From NCBI GenBank assembly GCA_002269645.1, contig NIVC01000304.1, forward strand, positions 62,001 through 126,000: 64,000 nt of DNA, given 5' to 3'. A program made the translations under genes and the position numbers. Under the pieces are notes generated by a model. That model worked only from the letters and a program-made list of their open reading frames with translations. It had not been told where the DNA came from and searched no databases. Origin of the DNA: Macrostomum lignano (lineage: Eukaryota). Positions 1 through 17,440 of the stretch are shown in pieces (position 1 is the first letter of the stretch; every line of letters begins with the position of its first letter).

Positions 1-190
1 GATCCAAGCCAAGCCCGGCAGCGGGACACCCCTGCCCCCCGCTGAGAATAAGTCTAATTTAACGTTGTACACTCATTTGCTCCCCTCCACCACCCCTACT
101 TTTATAGCCCAACTCCCCCCTGTCCAAGGTTGAAACATTTCATCCCGAGCCGCGCAAAGCGAATGTACTTTCACTATAAATAAGGGTAGA
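1..190 (-). mobile_element. Possible 5' end of a Helitron-like non-autonomous element running off the window
   Basis: Minus strand reads A|TCTACCCTTATTTATAGTGAAAG, resembling the A|TC...TATA start of non-autonomous Helitrons. The other end is not in the window. Confidence 0.3.
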
Positions 191-1325
191 TAGCTAAAAG
201 AAGGAGAGTCCTGTGAAAGTCAAACACGGGGGTGTACGTGAACAGTTCGGTAATTTATGGTGGCAAGGCGCTCATTAGAGCAGGTTTGCTGGCCCCTGGG
301 TGACCTTGCTTGTAAATTAAGAAAGTGGCCTAATTCTGCGCTGCTGGACCCACCTGCTTGCTGAATTAGTCAATGCTTACTTAATTATAAGCATTGTGTG
401 CAAGTTAAATGTGAAAATTCAGAATAATTATCTGGCCTTGTCTTCAGTATCGGTTTATCTGGAAAGCTTAACTGAATTTAAATTATTAGATGGCTCACAT
501 GTAAAAGCCCTCTCTGTATGCATGTGTCTAGCCTCCATTTACTAAACTAATCAAATCAAAATCAAAAGATTTTGAAGCACAGATTGAGGCATGAGCATAT
601 AGTCTGAGCACAGATTGAACTTAGTCGGAGCATGACTTTGCTTGACTTAGCTGCAAGGTTCCGCGGGCATCCGGATGCTAATGCAGCGGGGAGGCGTCGC
701 CATAGTCGGAGCATAGATTGAGCATAGTCTGAGCACAGATTGAGCATAGTCGAAGCATAGAATGAGCACATTCCGCATATCAGTCATGTATACGAGTACA
801 TTAAGCATGCAATTTGGATCACAGGCTGACTATCTATATAGAGGGCATAAATTAATAATTGAGCATAGATAGTTAAGTAGCACAAAAATCGCTGTATATA
901 TAATAAACTCTACATGCCAAAGGCAAAGCTGTCGAACCTCTGTATTTCCATATAGACTGGTGAAATGTAACAATTACAGAGTGGTGACTAAATTAACAAA
1001 ATAATAGCTGGTGGAAAAATCAAAGCCGGACAAAACATTCTAGGAAGCGTTGTTGATTTTCCAAGAAGTAAGTAACGACTTTTCGACTATTCGACCTGTG
1101 CTTAGCAGAAAACTGAAAAAAGACAGTATAAAAACGTACAAAATCGAGAAGAGATTTTTGGAGCACAGCTAATCCCTAGATTCGAGCTAAAATAGGTCAC
1201 GAAAAATTGTGACACTCAGCAGCTATAGTTTTAAAGTAGTTATAAAAGTAGCAGAAAGTTAAAATTAATAAAAATTCACAGCAGTTTTAAATACAAGTAT
1301 CTAAATAAATAGTTTTAAACTAGCT

Positions 1326-1992
1326 CCCACGGACCCTTCAGTGGGCAGCCTCTACCCCCATCCCCACAGACCCTTCAGTGGGCAGCCTCTACCCCCATCC
1401 CCCACAGACCCTTCAGTGGGCAGCCTCTACCCCCATCCCCCACAGACCCTTCAGTGGGCAGCCTCTACCCCCATCCCCACAGACCCTTCAGTGGGCAGCC
1501 TCTACCCCCACCCCCCCACAGACCCTTCAGTGGGCAGCCTCTACCCCCTTCCCACAGACCCTTCAGTGGGCAGCCTCTACCCCCACCCCCCACAGACCCT
1601 TCAGTGGGCAGCCTCTACCCCCACCCCCCCCCACAGACCCTTCAGTGGGCAGCCTCTACCCCCATCCCCACAGACCCTTCAGTGGGCAGCCTCTACCCCC
1701 ATCCCCACAGACCCTTCAGTGGGCAGCCTCTACCCCCACCCCCCTCACAGACCCTTCAGTGGGCAGCCTCTACCCCCTTCCCACAGACCCTTCAGTGGGC
1801 AGCCTCTACCCCCACCCCCCACAGACCCTTCAGTGGGCAGCCTCTACCCCCACTCCCCCCACAGACCCTTCAGTGGGCAGCCTCTACCCCCACCCCCACA
1901 GACCCTTCAGTGGGCAGCCTCTACCCCCATCCCCCACAGACCCTTCAGTGGCAGCGTCTACCCCACCCTCACAGACCCTTCAGTGGGCAGCC
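1326..1992. repeat. ~39-nt minisatellite (CCCACAGACCCTTCAGTGGGCAGCCTCTACCCCCATCC), ~17 copies
   Basis: Direct tandem repeat with variable C-run length. It explains the three overlapping ORFs at 1341-2083. Confidence 0.95.
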
Positions 1993-2375
1993 TGCGAGTG
2001 GACAGCAAAATTTTAGTAGAAAAGCACAGCTGATAAGAGGACAGTCAAAATTATCAGGAAGACAGAAGTCAATCAGAGAATAAAAAAGCAGTTTAGGATC
2101 ATTACTACAGCAATCGTGATTGCGACATTTTCTGACCCTATTCATGCAAAAACCAGCTGACTAAACATTAAGAATCGAGGGTATAAGGAGCTAATATGTT
2201 TTCTTTTAATCACGGGATGAAGGCAAGAAAAATCCATATTTTTCAGGTAGATTTAAAAATTAATCAAGTAAAGATAAGAGAATTACAATGTTCTATACAA
2301 TCTACTGAACTACTAAGTCAGTAAAACAAACTCAGGCTCATGGCTTCCAAGACCGCGTCGGGTTTGGCTGCTCAC

Positions 2376-5789
<3,414 letters not shown>

Positions 5790-8700
5790 TCCTGATGGCG
5801 AGCTGTGTTTTGTGGCGGCTGCCAGAGCTCTGCTTGCTGTGGGTGTTTTTTGGAGATTTAATTACGAATGGCACTAGGAACTGTGTTACATATTTCTATA
5901 TATATAGGAGTGTATATATTTTTTATTACATATCAAACTACTATTTATATTACTTATTTGTAACCACAGACAATTAAAACACTAGAAAAAACTAATTTTC
6001 TAGCAATTTAATGACCATATAATTAATTTATAATGAGTTACTCGATAATAAAATTTATAAAAACAAGATGTAATTGCAAGCATGCTAAAACACATTATAC
6101 AGCTTTATGCAAAACTATTGCAGAATTTTTTGTATCTAGATATAAACCTCTAATTGGAATACTAAAAAGGACTAATATGGTGAAAAGTGCTAAAATCTTC
6201 TGGTACATTGCTTTTAAAAGCAGATAATCTTTGTATTTTATATTTTTATCGTAAACTTTAAACTACAAAATTATTTTTTTAAAACATTCCATCTTATAAA
6301 GCTTTAGGCCTAGAAACACTACAAATTGAAAGCAATTTCCTAAGTTGCATGGTAAATTTTATTTGATCACTTATTAGCTACAATCTGAATCAATGGTTGC
6401 CTCCATCAGTTTTGTCATCAGTCAGGTGTCCCAGATAAGACCAGAACTTGTACTTATGCATTCAAAAGTGAAAAATTATATATATTTTAGTATTTGTACG
6501 GTTTGCTCGAAAAAGTCTATTGCAGGACGAAAAAAATTGAAATCGATCAGAATAAACAGTACGCCAAATATGCTCAATCCGCCACTTTTCTTTAAGTTAA
6601 AATAATTAATTAGCTAATAATAATTAGTTAATTAATTAAATATTTAGCCAGCACGACACAAAGATTAGTATTACAGAAAGGCTAAAGTAAAATTGCATAA
6701 ATTGAAACGTTGATGCAAAGCCAAATAGGATCTTAGCAAATAGCATGTATGTTGCTTATTGTAACATTTACGATTTTCAAAGACATAAGTATCATATTTT
6801 TTAGTTTCTAACACCTTGTTTTACAGTTTTTTTCGAAATCCTTTGCAGTATATTTACAGGTTTTGTTTAAATGAGTGATAAACTGCAATTTGTCGTTAAC
6901 AAATTTACATCATATTAATGTGGAATCCCTAATTTTAGTATAAAATTTTTAGATTAGTTATATAGATTCGTATCAAGAAGCTCAGGATCGCTGTACTTGG
7001 CAAGGGCGTCGCCACATAGTACGGGGCAAAGCAAGAAACAAACCTCTAGCACCCAAAACGATTCATTTGGTGCGCCAGTCGAACTCATTTCATATAGCTC
7101 CAAAGTTTTAACAGACACTTTTCGTAACTTACACACATGTAACTTCTTTGTAATTGTGTGTATGTACTAGTTAATATTACGCAGCCAAAATACGTGTATA
7201 ACTTTATGCTGTTCATGGTGGATTTCGATTCTTAACTTTTTACTTGTTCATGAAACATTACATGTATTTCTTTCTACGGTGACAGTGGTTGCATATATTT
7301 TTTCCTGATTGGTACCGTGTAGATAGATGACTCGTTTAGATATCAAATTCGAAAATTTTACACCTAGCAGCACGATTAAAAATACAGCTTTTTAAGAATT
7401 CGCATTAATTTCGTTTCATAAAAACACTATTTTGATTGAAATTATAAGACCAATGCATCAAGAAATCAAATAACTAAAAATGTCGATAAAAGTAGTATTA
7501 GATAGTACAATGTGCTTTGTGAGCTACAATCGGCTTGCGCGTGTATAAAAGATCTCAAGTATAAAATTTTATTTAGATGCATTAAAATGGGAATTTAAAA
7601 AACCGCAAAGCAACACTGTGCATACGTTCCTGCGTGAATAAGACAGTGTAAAAAACATTATTTAACAATTCGCAAGGTCCAACAGCAACAGTAAAGTAGT
7701 TTTCTGTGCAAAATACAAAAATTACACCCATGCAGACGCACAAATTTGCTTTGTGAAAGAAGCAATTTGTGCGGTAAAATGTTTTAAGTAGCTAATAAGG
7801 CTGACGTTCATGCAAAACACGGAGTACAAAATTGAATAAATATAAGAAAATACATTAGACACGATAGTAATAGGCATCAAGGCCGGTATTCGTTGAGTAT
7901 GTGTTGTCTGCCACAGCTCAGCAGTTAGAATCTTCAATATATAACTAACTGTATACAACTCAAATAAACAGAAATAAATGTAAAATTATACAAAAAAGCA
8001 CTTCACACACCGTTATTTGCATAGCAGCGACGCAACTCGGTATCAACGACGCGTGTGTGAAGGCACCAATCTTAACAGGACAGCAAACAATCCTGACCAA
8101 ACAAAATTCGACAATTTACTATTAATAACAATAGTAAAATATGTTAGCAGGAAGTTACAATTTCATAGTATTATTAATGAAGCATGCTATTCACTGACAA
8201 AGAAATCCAACAGTCGGTTTGTGTACTCGTATATACGCACACAAGCATTTACATAAGCATATTACTAAGGCAATACGGCTTGGCGGGGTTGCAAACATGA
8301 ACAAAAAAAGCACTTGAAGACTTGCTGGCCTGGCTGAAAAAAGTGAGCCAGGAAAGGAAACTGTGAACAAACTAACAAAATAGAATTCCTGATGAGTAGC
8401 CTGACTGTGAAAATTTGTCTCCTCGTCCTCTCTCTGGATAATGCCTATGGGTTTAAACTAAAAAGAATTGTATACCGATATGTATCGAAGGTTATTTTAT
8501 AAAGCCCAGAGAGAGGTAGAAGCACTAGCAGGCAAATAATTTGCCCACTCAAACAGGAGAACTACAATGAGAGACACCATTTGACAAATAATACAAAAGG
8601 CTGAGAACTTGAGAAGTCATTTTTATAACAAAAAATTGACCTTCCGGAATATTCAAGTCGTTGAATATCCCGACGGTCTTGAATGCTGTCGCCCATTAAG

Positions 8701-8820
8701 TCAATAAGTCAATTGACACTCGCTGTAATAAATATGCGGAACCACAGGGACTACTCAGCACATTTGCGTATAAGCTACTTGCAGTTCAGTAGATGATTAA
8801 ACAAAACCACACTTTATTTC

Positions 8821-9120
8821 CACACAAAATCTCTACCCCCACACGCAATCCACCCAATTTTTATTGCCTTCCTCTGCTGTTCCACCTAGATCTGCTATGC
8901 ACATTATATGGACTCGTTTATTGGCCCTCTTACGCCCCGTTAACATAACCCTCCAACCACGAATCCCACACAAAATCTCTACCCCCACCCAAACCGCCCA
9001 ATTTTTATTGCCTTCCTCTGCTGTTCCATCTAGATCTGCTATGTACATTATATGGACTCGTTTATTGGCCCTCTTACGCCCCCTCAACATAACCCTCCGA
9101 CCACGAATTCCACACAAAAT
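8821..9120. repeat. Two-copy ~147-bp tandem duplication
   Basis: CACACAAAATCTCTACCCCC...TTATTGCCTTCCTCTGCTGTTCCA...TGGACTCGTTTATTGGCCCTCTTACGCCCC occurs twice head-to-tail. Confidence 0.9.
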
Positions 9121-9667
9121 AGATAGACCACGCGTTCTTCTTTGCTACTGAATTGAAAGTAGAAAAGTAATTTACAAATATGTCGAAATTTCCGGTTTCT
9201 GCTAAACTCATAATTCCAGGGGTAAAAAAACGTGGGGTATTAAGTACAAAAACTTGAAACATAGGACTTAAAAAACACGGCAAAAACTCAAGGCTTAAGG
9301 ATTAAATGAATATATGAACAAGCGTTTGCACCAAGGAAAACACAGTATGTACACAAAGTATAAGGCTAATGGCCATTGATCCAGGAGAGCAGCAATGGGC
9401 TCCGATCTGGAAGCTAATGGAAGCTCGATGAAATATTCGGCAAATCCGACAGCTCGCTTGCTTAAATGAGCTCGGCCATCGTAGGTAAATAGGCCAGGGT
9501 AATTTTTATTTATATATTTCCATACGAACCTTTCAGCGATTACGTACTACTCTCAGGGGGCAGTAGTATTTCAAGTAGAATAAAATCGAATTTAGGAAAA
9601 GAAAAAGGCACACGGGAATCTCGATTTGACGAAAGAGAAAAAGAAAACATCGTCGACTCGGCCTAAA

Positions 9668-12600
9668 TCATTCGATCTTCTCCACTTTGCCGACCACTTT
9701 GCCCTCCCAGAGCGGCAGCAGCTCGGAGTCGTCCGTCACTTCCTCGTGCACAGCGCCGCCAACTACGAATTCGTCTGAGCGCTTCTTGAAGAAGTAGCGA
9801 AAGCTGCCCTTCTTGGCTATTAGCTGCTTGAACTGGCCAAGCGTGATCTCCCTGCCAGGCCACGTGCAGCGGAACGGCACCGGCTCGCCGAATAGGAAGT
9901 ACCCGATTGTCAGCTGGCCTTGCTGCTGTTGTTGCTGCTGCTGCTGCTCCGGGCCGGTCACCGGCTCCTGCGCCGATGACACCGATATCTAGGTAAACAG
10001 GTGAGTGGTCGGGCATACTTAGCGGTTTATTTTTCCCCATACCACACAATCACCGACATTCTTTGCATTCACATCCCACACAATCAGCGACATTCTTTGC
10101 ATTCACATACCACACAATCACCGACATTCTTTGCATTCACATCCCACACAATCAGCGACATTCTTTGCATTCACATACCACACAATCACCGACATTATTT
10201 TCATTCACATACCACACAGTTACTGACATTCTTTGCATTCACATACCACACAGTTACTGACATTCTTTGCATTCACATACCACACAATCAGCGACATTCT
10301 TTGCATTCACATACCACACAATCACCGACATTATTTTCATTCACATACCACACAGTTACTGACATTCTTTGCATTCACATACCACACAATCAGCGACATT
10401 CTTTGCATTCACATACCACACAATCACCGACATTATTTTCATTCACATACCACACAGTTACTGACATTCTTTGCATTCACATACCACACAGTTACTGACA
10501 TTCTTTGCATTCACATACCACACAGTTACTGACATTCTTTGCATTCACATCCCACACAATCACCGACATTCTTTGCATTCACATCCCACACAATCACCGA
10601 CATTATTTGCATTCACATACCACACAGTTACTGACATTCTTTGCATTCACATCCCACACAATCACCGACATTCTTTGCATTCACATCCCACACAATCAGC
10701 GGCATTCTTTGCATTCACATCCCACACAATCACCGACATTATTTGCATTCACATCCCACACAACCACCGACATTCTTCCCATTCACACAAATAAGAGTAC
10801 AAACGGTCAACGCACCTTCTCCAGCCGCCGGCTCGCCTCCACAATGACATTATCTGTAAGCGGCTTGTCCATCAGCGGCATATTCGGATCGCAGGCAAAC
10901 GGCTGCCGGGGTCCGGCCTGGGCCGCCTGTTGGGCCACGTGCAAATTCAACTGACGTTGAGAGACGCCAACGGAGCCGCCGGACGCAAAGCCGGGCGCCA
11001 GAGACGGTGCTGCCGTCAGCGGCTGTGGCGGCGGCGGCCCAGGCACTGACATGGGTGGCGCCGGCATCGACAGAGAGGTCGGTAGTTGAGGGGGCACCGT
11101 TGGCGGCAGCGGTGGAGGTGCTGGTGGAAGCGTGTGCTGTCGATGCTGACTGGCCGACTGGCGGCTCCGGCCACGGCTGGACACCGTGCCGACGCCGGAA
11201 TCGGCCAGCGAGCTTGTCGACTTCGATTGGCGACAGCCAGCGGCTACGCCCGACCCGCTTTGCTCGCCGTAATGATGATGGTAGTGGTAGTGATGGACGT
11301 GCTCGGTGTCAGACCGGCTGGCCTGATGGCCGACAGCTCCGGCCGGCCCAGCCCGGTCGAACACAGTCTCCAGATGATTGTCGAGTATCTGCTCCGGATT
11401 GTGCGGCTCGGCGCCGCCAGAATTGCGAGCCAGCAGTCGCTGGGCCCACTCGGAGTTGAGCACGCCGGCGCCTGTGGGCCGCTCTGGCCGGCCGATGGCC
11501 TCGGCTAGCCGCTCTGTCCGGCCCAAATCCCGTTGAACAGCTTGCAGCTTCTCGGCCAGCTGGCGGGCGAACTCGACCGGATTGCTGGCCGCATCGCAGC
11601 CGGCTGGCCGGCTGGGCCCGCCAGCGGCGGCAGTTGCCGGCCGAGGAATGATGGCCGCCCGCGGGTCCTCCTTGTTGATATCAGCCGAGCGCCTGATTGC
11701 CCGCTGATGGCCGCGCCGGCTGAGCTGCTGCTGCTCAAAGCTACTAGAGGTGTCCGCATGCGAGACTGTGTCGTCAGTGAGGGCGTCAGATGACAAAGAC
11801 TGCAGCTCCGAGTCCTGCTTGGAGCCCGGCGCGTAGGAGGTGTGGTAGGGCAGTGCCGCCTGGCTCATACTGTAGGATTTGAAAGTTGTGGGGGGGGGGG
11901 GCAAGCGCGTGAAATCTCGCATTAAAATCTCCCATATCAATGATTTTGTACCCGCGCGCCAAACCGTGGCAGGGGATTGGCCTGATCGGGCCCTGAGGTG
12001 TGGCGCAAGCCGACCAAATGACTCTCTCTCTCTCCCTTCCCCGCCTATTAGAGACAAAAGGAGGAGCAATAGAAACAGAGAGCAGGGAGAGGCATTGTTA
12101 AACTAAAAAAAACAGCGGCAAAAAAACAAAAAGAGCTTTGAGTGAACAAAGAAACATTTTTATAGAGCCTTTCCATGGCACTGGGAAGCTCAGCCGGACA
12201 ACTGAAATGGCATTGGCCGGTGCTGATTGAGCGTTGGAAGCAGAATAAAAGCTATACATACATAATATGAAAGAAGAAGAAATTGCAATTCTGCTCAGCG
12301 CTCAGGGCGCGGCAAAAAATGAAAGCTGGTGAGAGCGGCCCGGGGGGGGAGGGGGAGGCAGGGAAAGCCAGGAGGACCCTCCCGTAACGGCTTCAATACA
12401 AAAGGCGGCGAACCAGAAAGTGAACGAGAAACAGCCGACAGACACACAGAAAGAGAAACGTTTGGTAGGCCAAACGACAGTCGGAGGCGGAACTACAAAG
12501 AGGAAGTGAGTTGCCGACTAGGGAAATTTTACAGACTGCAACCCCACTGCTTCTCAGCTGCTTTTTAACTCAAAACCAACGGAGAACAAAAGCAGACATG

Positions 12601-14735
12601 CCGATTGGGAAGCTAGCAGGTTAATCATAATACGGCCAGGTTTGAATAGCAGAAACAAGCCGTCTCAGTTTTAGTAGAAAGTCCCCCTTTTTGGCACAGA
12701 ATTCAGGCGCTGTTGCCTCTCGCCAAGCCTGTTTTTGGCTTACTAACTGAGCTGTCGGCAGAGCGGCGGCGGCATCAGTAGTGAGTAGACGGCGGCAGAG
12801 TTCAAAGGCAGCGAGGTGTATGGGAGAAGAGGAGAGAGGAGGAATAATGGGCGAGGTGAGGATAAAGTGGAAGGAGGGGAGAAGCCGCCCGAGATGACGG
12901 CTGAGGGGTGGGGGTTGAATTAGATTGCAGGGCAGGCGGATTTACCGGCACGCCCGGCGGCTCACACACAGACGCACATCACAGGCGGCGGCGGCGGCAC
13001 CACGGGCAAAGCCAGAGACCAGCAGGCTGACATAAGCACTCGCCAATTTATACTTTCGGTTTCTCCATACACAAGCTAGGCTAATCTATTGTTCTGGCGT
13101 ATTATCAAAAAATTCAGAATATTTTTCAATTAAAGCAAATAAATAGTACCCTGATTCTGTCTAGATAAGAAAATGTTCCAGAATATCACTAACTGTCAGT
13201 GTCACTAAATTGGTCACTGATATTCACTGTCACTAAATTGGTCACTGATATTCACTGTCACTAAATTGGTCACTGATATTCATTGTCACTGATATTCACT
13301 GTCACTAAATTGGTCACTGATATTCATTGTCACTGATATTCACTGTCACTGATATTCACTGTCACTGATATTCACTGTCACTAAATTGGTCACTGATATT
13401 CACTGTCACTGAAATGGTCACTGATATTCATTGTCACTAATAATCACTGTCACTAAATTGGTCACTGATATTCACTGTCACTAAATTGGTCACTGATATT
13501 CACTGTCACTAAATTGGTCACTAATAATCACTGTCACTGAATTGGTCACTGATATTCACTGTCACTGTATTGGTCACTGATATTCATTTTCACTGAATTG
13601 GTCACTGATATTCATTTTCACTGAATTGGTCACTGATATTCATTTTCACTGAATTGGTCACTGATATTCACTGTCACTAAATTGGTCACTAATAATCACT
13701 GTCACTGAATTGGTCACTGATATTCATTCTCACTAAAAAATCCATATACTAAAAATAGTTAGCTAGCTAGGAAAGTCAGTCACAAGCTCAGAATGGCCGA
13801 GCGAACTCTCACCCAGACTGCGGCCCGCCGGCAAACTCTGGCAGCGAAGCGCGGCCGCGCTGAAATCTGGTAGCGTAGAGATTCTTGATAGTCAGGTCCA
13901 GCACCGGGGCAGCTGAAGCCGACGCTGATGACACGGCTGCAACAACGCCGGCAGCTGCCGCTGGCGACGGCGAGGAACGAGAGCGGGGCACGGAACCGGC
14001 GCGTGAACCCGGACCGCCGGAGCCAGGGGCGGCGGTTGAAGCGGCCGCGGATGCTGCAGCGGTCAGCTGCTGTTGCAGTTCCCGATCCTCGTGCACAGTT
14101 GGCAGGCTGCGCGGCGTGTGCCCGGCAGGAGAGGCCGCCAGCTCAGGGCCGCTAGCCAGATAGGGCTGCCAGGCGGACCCGCTGCCAACGCAGGCCACGT
14201 AGTTGATGTACAGATCGGACTTGAGAAAGGCTGGGTACACAGTGTGGGTGAGGAATTGCACAATCTCGTCCAGGGCCGGGTCGAACAGGCCCGGATCGGC
14301 GTCCCCGGAACGGACTCGGGCCTGGATAGCGGCCCGGGTCGCGGCGCTGATTGGGACGCAGTCCTCTCTGCTCACGTATTTCTTATTGATGAGGCGGACC
14401 AGCTTCCGCGGATTATCTAAGCCTTCGAGCTGGCAGCCGGATTTTAAACCTTTAACAGCGAAATAGAAATCGAATGCGCGGGCATGCGACGGGTTCATGT
14501 CCTCCATGAACTGTTTCAGCAGTAGTACACCTTCTGGATCGTCTAGCAGATTCTGCGGGCACTCGGCCCAGCGCAGGCAGCTGTAGGCCGCGTTGAGACT
14601 CGGCGAGCCGCGCTGGCTGGCCTCGGTTGAGCCCGCGCCGCCTCTGACCGGCGTTTTGGTGCCGCCAGCGACCGCGCTATTGCCGCCGCCGCCGGAGCCC
14701 CGCCGACTGCCGGGCCCGGAGTTCGGCGTTGTCAT
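9668..14735 (-). CDS. Axin: Axin (Wnt destruction-complex scaffold), 3 exons, ~765 aa
   Basis: Exons 14735-13813, 11869-10816, 9988-9668 are phase-consistent. RGS domain: CLRWAECPQNLLDDPEG...VYPAFLKSDLYINY. Also SLPTVHED, DSELQSLSSDA, GSK3-site-like NPVEFARQLAEKLQAVQ, beta-catenin-site-like NPEQILDNHLETV, and C-terminal DIX (LTIGYFLFGEPVPF...ITLGQFKQLIAKKGSFRYFFKK...LPLWEGKVVGKVEKIE). Confidence 0.95.
10040..10790. repeat. 34-nt intronic minisatellite (CACACAATCACCGACATTCTTTGCATTCACATCC), ~22 copies
   Basis: Fills Axin intron 9989-10815. Confidence 0.95.
13190..13735. repeat. GTCACTGATATTCACT / GTCACTAAATTG compound minisatellite
   Basis: Tandem 12-16-nt subunits in Axin intron 11870-13812. 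Confidence 0.9.
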
Positions 14736-16459
14736 GGCAACCGGCTAAGGCAGCTGGTAGCCTAACTGTAACAGCTGCTGGCAGTTTGCCATGCATCACA
14801 ATAAAAGTGAACGCGTGATTGAAGCACTGAGCTGTCTAAAGTAACACACTTTTAAAGAATCGCATTTCCTAGAACACCCTTTTAACCCGTAAATCTTTCC
14901 ACTAACAGGCATGCAGTAAACATTTTAGGAAAACAGTACATGTATGTTTTGTAAGTCATATTTACCAAATATTTTTAATTCCTTAACTTCCAACCACAAA
15001 GTATCAATAGTTTATATATACGAGGGGTGTCCAGAAAGTTCTGACACTTATAACTTGGTCAGTTATATAAATATATATAATATGTGCAAAATATATGCGA
15101 CTGAAATTATTGGAAAGAAGAGCTGTGCCGCTTTACATTGACACGCTCGTACACTGGCCCAGCAAAATGCCAACACTGACGGACGCGCACCAGCCGCCAA
15201 ACTATAATATATATATAAACCTACTAAACGCGCGGACAGCACACTTTTGTCTGCGTTTTTATCATTCATTTAATCTGTCCCGGTGATTAGTCCAAGCAAA
15301 CCTTATGCGTTCAGATACCAGGGCTAAAGGAGATGGGAACAGTTGCGGCAGATTCTATACTTGATCATGGACTCCTAAATAAAGCTTTGGGTGGCGCATT
15401 CAGGACAGGGGTCGTTAGCCCAGTGGGTTAGCGCCTTCGCCGCTGCCACAAGTTAAGCAGAGATGGCTGCGGTTAGTGCGCTGATGAATACTTATAGTAT
15501 ATGAATAATATTATAAATATTGTGATTCTTGGGATTTCAAGACTTCTATAAATTGTCAAATTTGAGTAATGCTTCTGCAACTTCTGAGTTAGATGCTCGG
15601 CAGTGTAAAGGGTAGGGCAGAGATGTTGGTAGTTTATTTGATTATTTATTTTTTTACTGACTGATGCCACCTGGCGTACTGAATTTGGACTTGCATTTTC
15701 GGACGCTTAAACACACCCAGGATAAAAAAAACAAAATTTGTAAATATTGGTTGAACAAAACCGTAGTAAATCATAGCTAATAGCTAAAAAACAAAAGAAA
15801 TGCACTGCCTTATCTTGGGCAAAGGGTTCATAGAAGAGTTATGCTCTAGATAAGTATTATAGACAAGGTAAGCGCGGCAAAGTAGGCAATTTAGAGTTGC
15901 TTCCTGGCTGACTGCTTAGACAGGCGGGGTAAAATTCCCAAGATTTTAGCCCCTTCCCCCCCGGGCCATTCCTCAGTGCCTGCTATCAGTCCGTGGAGTG
16001 TGCATACACGACCCAACCCCCCTTCCCTCCAAACCTATCGCATGCCTATCGCTAGTGTCAATCAATTTCTTAGCTAAACCAGCCCCCAAACAGAAGAGAG
16101 AGGTTACCCTAGCCAAAAAGCACTTCCGTTCGATTCGTTTATTGGGGCTTGGCGCTGTTAAGAAGCCCCGACAACTAGTAGCCTATCTATCGGATCTCAA
16201 TTATTAGAGAAATACTAACATTTTGCAGAGCCGCCACCCACGCGTGCGCCACTGTTTGCGCTAACAATCTTAGCACAGGCTTTGCTGTACACAAGCAGAA
16301 ATTAACGTTAAAAGCTAATCGCTTCACAAAAGTTATGAAATTGCCCAAAACTACGCGTCTCATTTACAAAAACGTTTTGACAGATAAATAGCTGTAATTA
16401 ACTGAGTTGCCATTATAATAGTCCGTAAAACAATACAATAATGCATTTCTAATTAATAA

Positions 16460-17440
16460 CTAAACCGCATAACTATCTGAGCTGAGAACTGAAACCGCAT
16501 GACTATCTGAGCTGAGAACTGAAACAGCATGACTATCTGAGCTGAGAACTGAAACAGCATAACTATCTGAGCTGAGAACTGAAACCGCATGACTATCTGA
16601 GCTGAGAACTGAAACCGCATGACTATCTGAGCTGAAAACTGAAACCGCATGACTATCTGAGCTGAGAACTGAAACCGCATAACTATCTGAGCTGAGAACT
16701 GAAACCGCATGACTATCTGAGCTGAGAACTGAAACCGCATGACTATCTGAGCTGAGAACTGAAACCGCATGACTATCTGAGCTGAAAACTGAAACCGCAT
16801 GACTATCTGAGCTGAGAACTGAAACCGCATAACTATCTGAGCTGAGAACTGAAACCGCATGACTATCTGAGCTGAGAACTGAAACCGCATGACTATCTGA
16901 GCTGAGGACTGAAACCGCATGACTATCTGAGCTGAGAACACAAACCGCATGACTATCTGAGCTGAGAACTGAAACCGCATGACTATCTGAGCTGAGAACA
17001 CAAACCGCATGACTATCTGAGCTGAGAACTGAAACCGCAAGACTATCTGAGCTGAGAAGACAAACCGCATGACTATCTGAGCTGAGAAGACAAACCGCAA
17101 GACTATCTGAGCTGAGAACTGAAACCGCATGACTATCTGAGCTGAGAACTGAAACCGCATGACTATCTGAGCTGAGAACTGAAACCGCATGACTATCTGA
17201 GCTGAGAAGACAAACCGCAAGACTATCTGAGCTGAGAACTGAAACCGCATGACTATCTGAGCTGAGAACTGAAACCGCATGACTATCTGAGCTGAGAAGA
17301 CAAACCGCAAGACTATCTGAGCTGAGAACTGAAACCGCATGACTATCTGAGCTGAGAAGACAAACCGCATGACTATCTGAGCTGAGAACACAAACCGCAT
17401 GACTATCTGAGCTGAGAACTGAAACCGCATGACTATCTAA
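16460..17440. repeat. 30-nt minisatellite (GACTATCTGAGCTGAGAACTGAAACCGCAT), ~33 copies
   Basis: Highly homogeneous tandem array. It explains the ORFs at 16453-17446. Confidence 0.97.

Noticed and set aside
1341-2083. Three overlapping Pro-rich ORFs
   Set aside because: They are translations of a 39-nt minisatellite open in all frames, with no domain or splice support.
15016-15045. Mariner-like TIR TACGAGGGGTGTCCAGAAAGT
   Set aside because: No matching opposite TIR or transposase was found nearby.
15408-15445. tRNA-like A-box head GGGGTCGTTAGCCCAGTGGGTTAGCGC
   Set aside because: No B box follows, so it is at most a truncated SINE remnant.
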